Source of the DNA: Antechinus flavipes
Lineage: Eukaryota
DNA: 64,000 nt
NCBI RefSeq assembly: GCF_016432865.1
Contig: NC_067398.1
Coordinates: forward strand, 229,586,001 to 229,650,000
Direction of reading: 5' to 3'
Position numbers and translations under genes: made by a program. Positions 53,042 through 64,000 of this stretch are shown piece after piece. Below the pieces are notes generated by a model, which saw only the letters and a program-made list of their open reading frames with translations, did not search any database and was not told the origin of the DNA. The stretch's first letter is position 1, and the number at the start of each line of letters is the position of its first letter.

Positions 53042-53145
53042 TGACAGACCCCTCAGTGGATTTCAGTGGAAAAGCTACGATCCTGATTCAAGCGGAAAAG
53101 CCTCTGTTCCTGATCCAGTGGAAAAGACTCTTCAACCCAGAAATT

Positions 53146-53154
53146 AGGGTGAGT
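53146..53154 (+). promoter_or_regulatory. Retroviral major splice donor in the leader
   Basis: AGG|GTGAGT, 54 nt upstream of the gag ATG and after three ~26-nt leader repeats (cctgatt/ccagtggaaaag). Confidence 0.7.
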
Positions 53155-53202
53155 GCAACAAAGAAATTTTGTTAGAAGAGTTAAAGTAGAATTTCAGCTA
53201 AG

Positions 53203-54594
53203 ATGGGACAGATATTTAGAAAACAGCCTGTTTCTGTTCAAGGAAAATGTTTAGAGAGCATTGTCAAAGTTATGGAAAGCCAAGGTTTAATTATAAGTTT
53301 ACAGCAAATCACTGAACTTTTACAAACTATAAAGGACATATGCCCTTGTTTCTCTCTTGATAAGGAATTAGATCTAAATGAATGGAAATCCGTTGGAGAG
53401 GATCTTTGTCAATTCTATGATAAAAATGGACCTAACTCAATAATTAATACATATAATGTAATACAATTGGCTATAAGAAGTTATTTAAGTGATAGAATGA
53501 TGAAAAGGAAAGTACAGGAGGAAGAAATGCCAACTTTACTAGGTGAAAAGGAGGACGAATCAGATGAGAATGGAGTTAATTACAATTCTGAGTATGATAC
53601 TTCACAGCAGGAGGAATTAGGTGATTCCACATCTCATGACCCTCCCCCCGCAATTAACCCTTCATGGGTAGAACAAGGGGGAGGGAGAGAGACAGAAACA
53701 CAGTCAGCTTCTCCTGTAAAGCAGAATTTGACAAGATTAGAAAAAGCATTAATTAAAGCAAAAAATGAAGGAGAAGATATATCTGATTTTATAAATGCAT
53801 ATCCTGTGATTGAAGAGCTCAACTCCTCAGGTCAAAAAGAGAGAAAATACACTCCTTTTAATTTGGGACGCAATAGGCAAAAAGGAGCTGTTGTACAAAT
53901 CACTTTTGACCAATTAGCTGGTGAAGGTCAGTATGCAGAGAGTTCAGAACAGATTTATTATCCCATAACAGTCTATGAGCAAATTTCTAAGGCTGCAATA
54001 AAAGCTTGGAATTCTCTCCCTAGACAGAAAGATGGAAATAATGCTTTCACAAAAATAAAGCAAGGTCCCAATGAACCTTTTGCAGATTTTGTGGGACGTC
54101 TGCAAACAGCTGTAATAAGAACCATTGGAGATAATGCTGCCACAGAAATAATGACTAGACATTTGGCTAAGGAAAATGCCAATGAGGTTTGCAAGAGAAT
54201 TATATGGGAGCTAGACAAAAATGCTTCTTTAGAGGAAATCATAAGACGCTGTGCCACAGTGGGCACAAATGCTTATTATGCCCAGACTATGGTGAACTTG
54301 GAAAGACAAGGTCCTTCTTGGCAGAGGAATTCTAGAGAAACTCGTCGATGTTTTCAGTGCGGAAAAATTGGACATTTGAGAGTTCATTGTAGATATGGAG
54401 ATAGAGTGAGAAGACAGGGTGAGAGAAAACCCAAAACCCCAAAATGTCCAAAATGTAACCAAGGCTTTCATTGGGCCTCTAAATGTATATTGACCCAGAG
54501 GAATGAGAGGCAGGGCCCAGCTCTAAAGTATCAATCAAAGGACAGAAAGAGGAATGACCTGAAAACTTGTAAAGAACAGTTCCTCGGATTCTGA
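53203..54594 (+). CDS. gag: Endogenous betaretrovirus-like Gag, uninterrupted 463-aa ORF
   Basis: MG start (myristoylation Gly2), MA region, AY|PV MA-CA-type cleavage site at aa 200/201, MHR IKQGPNEPFADFVGRL, and two CCHC knuckles (CFQCGKIGHLRVHC, CPKCNQGFHWASKC). Confidence 0.93.
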   Translation: MGQIFRKQPVSVQGKCLESIVKVMESQGLIISLQQITELLQTIKDICPCFSLDKELDLNEWKSVGEDLCQFYDKNGPNSIINTYNVIQLAIRSYLSDRMMKRKVQEEEMPTLLGEKEDESDENGVNYNSEYDTSQQEELGDSTSHDPPPAINPSWVEQGGGRETETQSASPVKQNLTRLEKALIKAKNEGEDISDFINAYPVIEELNSSGQKERKYTPFNLGRNRQKGAVVQITFDQLAGEGQYAESSEQIYYPITVYEQISKAAIKAWNSLPRQKDGNNAFTKIKQGPNEPFADFVGRLQTAVIRTIGDNAATEIMTRHLAKENANEVCKRIIWELDKNASLEEIIRRCATVGTNAYYAQTMVNLERQGPSWQRNSRETRRCFQCGKIGHLRVHCRYGDRVRRQGERKPKTPKCPKCNQGFHWASKCILTQRNERQGPALKYQSKDRKRNDLKTCKEQFLGF

Positions 54595-54959
54595 TTGGGT
54601 GGTAAGATATAAACTATATGGATTCAAAGATGCGCTTACTAAGTGAATGACCTGGAGGGAGAATTCCCAAGAGGAGATGGAAGTCTAACCTATATGGTAG
54701 AAATTGAAAGTATAATCACCCATTTTCTTCCATAGCTTCCCTCAAGGGATAAGCACAGTTGGGAAATGGGAAGGTTGTGGATCAGACGAATGTTTCACTG
54801 TTCTCAAAAATAAAGGAAAAGAAATTTTACTAAGACAGGACAATTGACTGTATGCACCAGAAACCAACAAGAAGGAATGAAATGGAATTCAGAACATAAA
54901 GGAGCTCAAGATGCAATCCAAGTTCACATGTGGCAAAATTGAGCCTAACCATTAATGAA

Positions 54960-55900
54960 AAAAGAAAACTAAAAAAGAAAAAGATAGCAGAACTTAGAAT
55001 AAAAATAGTGACTAATGTTGCCTCCAGAGGGCTGATGATGAAACGTACTTTGTTCCTTGTACAGGATGTTGTCTATGCTCTCTATAGCATCTATTTGATA
55101 GTTTATTTTTGCTTAACTGTTTTTCTTTGTTAAAAGGGAAGGTTCAATGAGATTTCAAATCTTACATCCTGTAAATTGGAAATGACAATAAGTTGAAAAT
55201 AGTTGATGTTGACGAGGATGTAGGAAGATAAGCACATTAGCACGGGGTTGACAAGGCCTTTCAAATACTATAAGCAAAACTTTTGGAAAACAATTTGGAA
55301 TTATGCAAATAAAATTACTAAAATAAATCTCTGAAATAGAGATTGCACTATGGAGATTGTGTGGCATATAGACTACTGACAAGAAGAAAAGTCCCTATGT
55401 ATAACAAAGATTTGGAAAGTAGTTAGATATTCATATGTCAAGAATTGGCTAAACAAATTGTGGTATAATAACATAATGGAATATTATTGTTTCATAAGAA
55501 ATGACAATTCATTAATACATTATCATGAAATGGTGAAAATGGAAAGATCTACACAAACTGGATGCACAATGAATAAGAGTCAAGACAATATACCCAATGA
55601 CTATCACAATGTAAATGGAAAAATTCTCCTTTCCCAATGCCAATCAAAACTGAATATGACAAAACATAGATGGCTCCAAAGAAGAGGTATGAGAAGACAT
55701 TCCCACCTTATTCCTCTGTGGACATGGGAGTTCCATAAGTATGGCATTCTGACCACATTTTCAGATTTTTCCCACTGCACTAATCAGTTAAATATTTTAA
55801 AATATACAATTTATTCTATAGGATAGCTTTCTGGGAGAGTGAAAAGAAGAGATACTGTACAATGATGATTTTAAAAATTTATAAAAAATTTCAAAGGGTA
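54960..55900 (+). mobile_element. Old L1 3' fragments abutting the ERV internal sequence
   Basis: ggaaaacaatttggaattatgc and aaattgtggtataataacataatggaatattattg (L1 ORF2 C-terminus). Confidence 0.7.
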
Positions 55901-56289
55901 CATTCTATGTAGGAGGATAGATTGGCACTAGATAGTATAAAAAGGAAGGCATCAAAAAATTTTATAATCCTGAACTGGGGAACTGGAAGTTAGGAGACAT
56001 TGGTGACCCTATTTGTGACCTAGCATAGTTCTCCCACTTTTTTATAAAAGGAATATGCTCCTATAAGAAATAAAATAGAATTTCAAAAAGAAACAAACAA
56101 AAACAACAAAAATATTATAAAAATAGGATGAAATTCATGTTAAAATATATAATCTATGAATCATAATATTCATAATAATGAGATACAAATATACTTTGGT
56201 CAACATGGTCTAACTACCACTAGTGCCCTAGTCATCCAAAAAAAAAATGATATCATAACACAATAACCAGAGCTGCCTTCCTAGTGGCA

Positions 56290-56740
56290 TTTTCTCTTTA
56301 TACTGGAAAACACCTCTTTTGGAAAAAGCCTATTATTAATATCATTTCTTTTTTTATATCCTTTACATTACTTTATATTACATCTACTAATGAATCTTCT
56401 CCCAGAAAGCTATCTCTTATAACAACAACAACAACAACAACAAAAACCAACAACAAAAAAACAGCAAAGCAAAACTATCCCAGAAATAAAAAAATCCTGA
56501 CATTATACATGCACTCATAGTCCACCACCTCTGCAAAGAAAAAAGGATCCTCTTCATATTCTTTCTTCGGTGCCAGGCTCGGCTATTATGATTTCACAGG
56601 TGTTTCAATTGTTTTGTTGTTGTTTTCCCATTTAATTGGTCATACAATGTATTGTTCTGCTGGTATAGCTTATATCACTTTGCATCAGTTCACATGTCTT
56701 TTCATGCTTCTCTGTATTCATTATTTCTTAATGCTGTTAT
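56290..56740 (-). mobile_element. Old L1 3' UTR fragment containing an (ACA)n tract near 56420-56460
   Basis: atatcactttgcatcagttcacatgtcttttcatgc is the reverse complement of the L1 aagacttatatgaactgatgcaaagtga motif. Confidence 0.6.
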
Positions 56741-59700
56741 TGATGAATGGTTCAATCACATTCGACTCTTCATGGTCCTAGGGCCCATCCTGCTCATGGG
56801 CTAATTTATTGTTTTATTGTTATTTTGCAAAGATACTAGGGTGACACAGCTATTAAGTACCTGAAGCAGGTTTAAATTCAATAGTCTCCTAAAGACATGT
56901 TTCTTTTAAGTATACATGTCATTGTTATGTAAATTTTGTAAAAAATGCCACTTTCATTGTTGTACTCCCCTTCCCAACAATTTCCATTGGTTCCACAGTG
57001 TCCATAGAATAAAGTTAAAGAATACCATAAATTCATTCTTTAATTGGACATTTAAGATTCTTCAGAGCTGTTTGTCCTTGATCCTGTTTCATTAAACATT
57101 TTTATTAATCTCTGGAATGAAGGCATAAATGCCATGTTTATCAAATTTGTAAACAATATAAAACTTTGAAGGCTAGTTAATACACCATATTAGAGAATCA
57201 AAGTTAACAAGTCATTTATTATGTTCTAAAAAGCAGACTTTACAAACAAAAAGAGACATAACTAAAAAAAATAATAATTTTTTAGTTTTTAATTTAGGGG
57301 TTTATTTTTTTATACAACATAAGCTCAATAAGGATCAACTAAGTGCAATGTTGGCAACCAAAATAAAGTACTATCTAATCGTTTGTTCTTTGATTGTTTC
57401 AGTTGTATCACCCTCTTCTTAAAATTATCGTTGCCAAGAATGCCCCAAATGGGGTCATGAGGTATCGGTCATGACTGAAAAACAACTCAACAATGAACAA
57501 TTTGTATCATAAGTATACTGCCTTATTTTTTAATTCACTTTTATATGTCTTATGTTAACACAGTGGGAAAGATATTCTTGTCTTATGCCCCATAACAAGT
57601 AAGACAGTGTCCTCTAGGTGCTTAATAAATCCTGGCTAACTGAATGAACCCAATGGCTCCTAGGGCACCTGAGTTTCCAAACTGTGCTATGTAACTTCTC
57701 TCGTGCAAAAACTCATTCACATCCTTGGAAGAGTAAGATGAACTGAATTTCCTAATCATACATTCTATCTGGTGGATGGCTGGTGTGGAGGGTGACCTGC
57801 CCTGAGGGGTTAAGAGAGCTCTTTGGCTCTGGAACAGAGAAGAGTACAGAAGGGGAAAAGATGTTAAAGGAGGAGAAAGGAGGAGCAATTGGAATTAAAG
57901 TGGTACAAAGCCCTCATACAAATGTCAAGAGGGCTTTTAGTTTAGCTCATAGGATGGTAATGTGTTTCCCCTCCTAAAGGAAAGCAGACTCTAATTCAGG
58001 TTCTAATGATGTGGCAGGAAATATCTCCAGCACAATGGCCCATTCTTTGTCCTTCCTTACCTTATCAATGACACAGTCTAGTTAGGAAGAAGTATTCAGC
58101 ATGCCTGAGGTGAACTAACAGATGAGGCAAGAGGTAGATTACATTTTCAAATGGATGTCCCCATTAAGCTCTAATTCTCAATAAAGACAGAGCTTATGAG
58201 ACTATAAGAACTTAACCATTAAATGCAAGTTCTTAGACTCCTAATCCTATAGGGCATCTTTATCACACACTCTGAGGTTTATATTATATTTGAAGCAGGA
58301 AGGAAGAGGGAAGAAGGGAATTGATTTCTCTTAACTTTGGGGGATCTGTAGCTGCTAAAATAAAAACTTGGATCATTAAGCACTTTGTCGTTAAGGGTTC
58401 AACAACGTATCAATTTATAATATAGACCTTCTCTATGTTATGGCTAGAGATCAGGATTTCCACCAAGCTGAATTGTAGTTGGGAGAATATGCTGCAAAAG
58501 CATCCTTACCTCTGAGTAGAAAGTGGAAAGGAGAGATCCTCCCAAAACCTCTACTTCCGATGATTATCCAAGTTCTTCACTTCCACCTGGATGCCTTTCT
58601 TAGGAAGTCTTCATGCTGAGCAACTTTCTTACTCTCCCACTCCTATTTTCAGCATCCTTTTGTGCTTTCTTACCCTACTAAATTGTAAACTACCTGAAAG
58701 AAAGTACTTTTTCCTTTCATATTTGTATATCCAATAGGTTGATAATGTGGTTACTGACTGATCATCAACAAGAGTTCATTCAGCATTTATTAAATGCTTA
58801 TTATGGGCAGCTAGGTGGAACGGTGGAAACAGTGGTAGGACTGAAGTCCGAAGATTCATCTTACAGAATTCAAATTTAGGCTCAGAAAATCACTAGTTGT
58901 ATGACCCAGAGTGAATTACTTAACTTTGCCCAGGTTTTTCATTTGTAAAACAAGCTAGAGAAGGAAATGGCAAACCACTCCAAAACCAATGGGCTTTCCC
59001 ATTTCCAAATGAATGGGAACCACACAAAACACTTGTGATGGAGGATCATGGAGGGAAAAATATATATACAGGTAAATACAAAAATACAGAGGAAATACAA
59101 AGTAAGAAAAGAGAAATAGTAGCAATAAGGGTGGAAGAAAGGAAAAGCTTCCTATAAAAGGCGGAACTTTAATTGACCTCTGACAGATTTCAGAAATCCT
59201 AAAATAGTCTCAATCCGGGAAGAGAGAACCATGAAGAGAGCTACAAGTTCAGTGCCAATCTCTTTTCTTGGGCAATACTTAAGAAAAAGACCTGTAATAG
59301 CCTTGAAGCACATTGCTGTAAACTGTGGATAATTATGGCACCTATCTCAAAATCCCTTCCCCCCTTCAACAAAAAGGAATTGCAAACATTTGCCACCATC
59401 TGTCAAAGAACTATACTCCATTTGCCTCACTTACTCAACTGTGGCCAAAAAGACAGGTGAAAACGAACAGAACAAACTGAAAATTAATTCATCCAAGCTG
59501 GGAACAATAATAGCCACCTGGGTGCCACCTCTAATGAGATGATTTAAATGTATTCTCCCCTTGGCCAGCTCTTCTAAAATATCATCAAGGTGTTTGGGCA
59601 GATGAGATAATAGTATGCAAGCCGTCTGTGTCCTGTCTGGGGAACCTTAATTAGCTGCTGAAACAATACTTGACTGTTGCTGCTTTCTCCTAATTATGAA

Positions 59701-61559
59701 CAATCTTATCTCCATCCCATTTGGGAGATCCTAGTAGTGCATCTATCAAGGTCCCACCTGACACTTAGCTTTCTTGAATTGATTTTGGAGAATTGATTTT
59801 GCAGATTAATGCTACCTCCATTAGTTAGAACAGCCCAATTTTGCCATTACAACAGCTGATTTTGGAAACAAAGCAGGCCAGCCATAGAAGCTGGGAGAAG
59901 TCAGGTAATTTTTTTTTCCTTTACCCTATAATGATTACAGTCTGAGTCTGTAGCTTGCACCTGATTACCCTGAAGTGAGAATAACACGGAAACCTGGGGA
60001 AGACAAGATACTGTATCTACAATCTTTAAATAGGCCTTAAGTGAGGTATCTTAAAAATAAGAGAAGTTGGGGAGTTCTGACATATATTTGTAGTTTTCAT
60101 TGCAAACTGAGTTTTGACACTGGCTGGTATTAAAGACTATGCCAATATAAGACATTCTCTACATGTTCAGCTGAATGGAATTTCTAGCACAGGGGAAACT
60201 TAAGTGGCAGATGAGCCTAGATTAAGAAATTCAGAAATACCACATAAGTCATCACTTTCAAGAATAACTGATAATCTTAATTCTTTGCCCCTTTCTCTAT
60301 GTTCTTGAAATTCCCAGAAAATTCCTCTGCTTTCTTAGCTCAAACAACATGAATGACTTTTTATTGACCTTTCATCTTCATTCCCTAGTCTATATTTTCT
60401 TTTATTCAAGGTGTATTTATTGATGATGTTTACATGCAGTTCACTATACTAAAGGCCATCTGTTACAAAGTGTTTCCCATGTCAAATATTTCACTACTTA
60501 ATACCTTAAAAGCTCAAGTTCAAAATGAATGAATGGCATTTCTTTAACATGATGTTAAAGCCTTCGGGAAAAAAAAAAACCCAAAACTCAAAAAACAAAA
60601 TGAAACAAAACCCAAAAAAACCAGATAGACAATACCTGCTTCAAAGAAGTTTATGTTCTATTGGAGAAAGCAACAATATAAAGGGAAGTGGTTGCCAGGG
60701 GAGGGAGTTTTGGTCTAGAGAATCATAGAAAGGATAAGTTGATCCAAAATGTAGTCAACTGACACACGTTTTGCAGAAGGAATTTCTTTGATTCTGAGCC
60801 CACTGATGTAAAGTTGAGAAGGGTGGGTTTTAGATGGCTGGACAGGATGCGAAGTATGGTCCAGCTAGATATAAGAATATCAGTGGGTTGTTTTGTATTC
60901 ATTCATCAATAAAGATGGTTGGGTCCTCAGGGAGGAATTCTAAATATGAGCAATTCATTTCTCCACTCTAAATTTATTCCCATACCCAATCATCTCATTT
61001 CTGTCAGTGACAAAAGTTCTCTTCCGGTAGATGTTACTAGAAATGATATTGCTACCTCGGATTCTTCCTTCCTTCATTATTTTCTATATCCATTCTGTCA
61101 ACGAGTCTTATTGTTTATTTTCTCATTATATGACACTTTCACCATCTTAGTCAAAGTCCAAATTTCATGCCTAGATTAGTGCTACGATTGGTCCTACTGT
61201 TTCCAGGTTCTTCCACTATAAAATAAAAAGCAATGGAATCCATGCAGGAGAAACTAAGGCTCTGGGTGATGATATCCAGGTTTAGGGACCTATGTCCCAA
61301 ATTAGTTGATTGTGTCCCTTCCTGATTTTTCTCTAGAAATCCCAACATAAAAGTTTTGTATAAGTCTCTAAAAATTTGAGTAAAAAAGTCCCCAAGGCTC
61401 ATGATACTAGATATAGTTTTTTGACCCCTCCCAAAAAAAAAAAAATACAGAAAATATAAGGGACACACAGTAACCTATCCTAATAAGTTCTACCATCACT
61501 TCAGGATGGTACCTATAGAGGCTTCCTAACATATTACTCCAAAGGCTTAGATTCTTCAT

Positions 61560-62080
61560 AGTAGAAAAATGAATTTAGCATTACTTTGCAGGCAATCATC
61601 TCACAACTCGCAGTAGTAGCAAAGGGCAAATATCATGGATTACTACCTTGCCAATTCCACTCACATGTACTAAATTTTTAGTCCAGAACACTTGATGCTC
61701 CTCCAAAATGTTGGGCTTGAGGAATTCTAAACACTGAGGGAGGAGTGGTGCTGGATCTATAGGACTAGGAGGGGCAACGTATGTGGACCCTGTGTTCCAA
61801 AGTAGAGCTTCACCATCACCATTGCCCTTATGGACAAAAAAGGACCAAAAGTCCACTCCAGTTGCTGGCCATACAGTTCCTGGATATCCTCTTAAACCAT
61901 TTGACTCTGTAATTCATATACTTCTGGGTGCTTCTTTTCATAGTTCTCACACAAAAAGGTGACTCTAATCCACAATGGCCTAAGCCAAAGTATCCCCAAA
62001 GCTGAAATGACAATGTACTTATCCTCACTTATATATGAATGGCTCTGCCCAGTCCAGATGCTTATCAGAGTCATCTCAAT
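61560..62080 (-). mobile_element. Probable ERV-L-like pol 3' relic (dUTPase region)
   Basis: Frameshifted reading GLESPF...YRVKWFKRI...GLL...GNGDGEALLWNTG...LLVL...QVFW resembles remembered ERV-L GLEVL...PLNWKLRL...GLLLHNGG.EEYVWNTG...LLVL...KVWV. Judged by eye only. Confidence 0.45.
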
Positions 62081-62964
62081 TCCATTTTAGGGGGCACAAA
62101 TTTTTTTTCTCACATCTACAACAGTTGTATCATTCTTTTATTATTACAAGTTGATCTCCTTATCAAACTTCCACAGTAAAAAACAAATTTAAACCATCCA
62201 TAAAGACTTAAAAGAATTAGTTGGTTTAAACTCTGGTCTCTATAATCAGAAATTATTTGATGTTATTTCCCATTTCTCCTCAACATGGATCCTTAAGGCC
62301 CCAAACCAGGGAGACTGAATTTTACTTTCAAAATCTAACACTAGTTAGGAAATGAACCTGGGGCTAATCACTTAATCTTGCTGAAAGCTTCTTAAGGAAA
62401 CAGGTTTCCTCATGTGCAGAATAGAGAGAACTTTGTGCACTAGAAAAGGGCGCTAAAATTGGGAGAAAGACTCAAATCCCATTTTGCTACTTACTTTGTT
62501 AGGCAAGACATATCTCTTCTCTTGGCTTCAGTTTTCTCACAAATAAAATGTGATGGTTGAAATAGAATAATTTCTAAAATCACTTCCAGTTCAAAATCCT
62601 AAAATTCCTCTCCCAAAGGAATGCAGAAAGACCAAAGAGCTCATCATCATTAAGAGTTCATCATCATTAGATCACTGAGATCCACAGAATAATTATACAT
62701 TCAGTGTCTTGTATATAGTATAAATTCAATAACTACCTATATACTTATTGTACTGTTATCATTATTATTGAAATTCGTTAAAAATAAAAAAGTACACGAA
62801 TCCCCAATCGAAGCAAATGAAATATTCTTTTAATTTATTTAAAAATCATGAAATTACAAAGCTCCATAGAACACAACAAATATTAGAGATCATCTAATCC
62901 AACTGTTTCATTTTAGAAATTAAATGACTTACCCAGCTACATAGCTAATCTGATAATAAAATTA

Positions 62965-64000
62965 ATCCATTTTACAAAAAGACTGATCCTATGAACAAAC
63001 AATTTTCATATGAAATTGAAATTATTTCTAATCATATGAAAAGGTGCTCCAAATTATTGATCAGAGATATGCAAATTAAGACAATTCTGAGATACCACTA
63101 CACACCTCTCAGATCGGCTAAGATGACAGGAAAAGATAATGACAAATGCTGGAGAGGAGGTGGGAAAACTGGCACACTGATGTCTTGTTAGTGGATTTGT
63201 GAATGAATCCAACTATTCTGGAGAGCAATTTGGAACTATGCCCAAAAAGTTATCAAACTGTGAATACCCCTTGATCCAGTAGTATTTTTACTGCTTATCT
63301 CCCAAAGAGATCCCAATAGGAGGGAAAGGGACCCATATGTGCAAAAATGTTTGTGGCAGTCCTTTTTGTAGTGGCTACAAACTGGACATTGAGGGGATGC
63401 CCTTAAGTTGGAGAATGGCTGAATAAGTTGTGGTATATGAATGTTATGGAATATTATTGTTTTGTAAGAAATGACCAAGAGGATGATTTTACAGAAACCT
63501 GGAGAGACTTACATGAACTGATGCTAAGAGAAATGAGCAGAATCAGGACATCACTGTAAATTGCAACAACAAGATTATATGATGATGGATGTGGCTCTCT
63601 TCAACAATGAAATGATTCAAACTAGTTCTAATTGTTCACTAATGAAGAGAATCTACTACAACCAAAAAGAAAACTATAGGAAATAAGTGTCAACTACAGC
63701 ATAGCATTTCTGCTCTTTCTGTTATTTATTGCATTACATTTTTGTTTTCCTTCTCAGGTTTTTTTCTTTCTTTTTAGAACTGACTTTTCTTGTGCAGCAA
63801 GATAACTGTATAAATATGTATACATATATTGGATTTAACATGTAATTTAACATTTTAAACATGTATTGGACTACCTGCCATCTAGGGAAGAGGGTGGGGG
63901 AAAGGAGGAGAAAAACTGGAACACAAGGTTTTGCAAGGGTCAATGGTGAAAACTGCCCATGCGTATGTTTTGTAAATAAAAATCTACAATAAAAATTTTT
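62965..64000 (+). mobile_element. L1 ORF2 C-terminus and 3' UTR running to the window end
   Basis: ORF 62991-63191 (HMKRCSKLLIRDMQIKTILRYHYTP...DKCWRG) is the L1 cysteine-rich domain. The 3' UTR ends in aataaaa near 63988. Confidence 0.92.

Noticed and set aside
54601-54606. GGTAAG identical to the 6 nt left of the ERV LTR (possible TSD)
   Set aside because: It is not preceded by a 3' LTR or a terminal CA, and it sits in internal sequence, so it is a chance hexamer.
61765-61835. Plus-strand peptide GGATYVDPVFQS resembling PEMT exon 2 (GYVDP) or an Eph juxtamembrane motif
   Set aside because: It is on the wrong strand for PEMT, similarity stops after YVDP, there are no splice sites, and the minus strand fits an ERV relic better.

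Overview
This is AT-rich, CpG-poor eukaryotic DNA, not prokaryotic. The SINE, L1 3'-end and LTR sequences look like a dasyurid marsupial such as the Tasmanian devil (inferred from remembered repeat consensus sequences, not a database search). The whole window appears to lie inside the PEMT gene (phosphatidylethanolamine N-methyltransferase) on the minus strand. Two internal coding exons are clear: 36280-36395 (116 nt, [22 protein letters not shown]...LRSHC) and 10073-10218 (146 nt, [13 protein letters not shown]...GFIGTYLG). They have canonical AG/GT ends and compatible phases; the flanking exons were not found and probably lie outside the window. The introns are dominated by retroelements: L1, L2, L3/CR1, MIR/Mar1-type and WSINE1-type SINEs, a 7SL-derived copy, a hAT MITE, a solo LTR with a perfect 6-bp TSD, and two ERV-L-like pol relics. 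The most striking element is a betaretrovirus-like provirus at 52504-~54950. It has a chimeric-looking LTR, a tRNA-Lys1,2 PBS and an uninterrupted 463-aa gag ORF with an apparent in-frame capsid deletion, but no recognisable pro/pol/env or 3' LTR. Almost all other ORFs in the supplied track are chance ORFs or transposon fragments. I found no evidence of a wholly new biological system; the best leads are the gag/LTR architecture and several cryptic splice signals in the PEMT introns.
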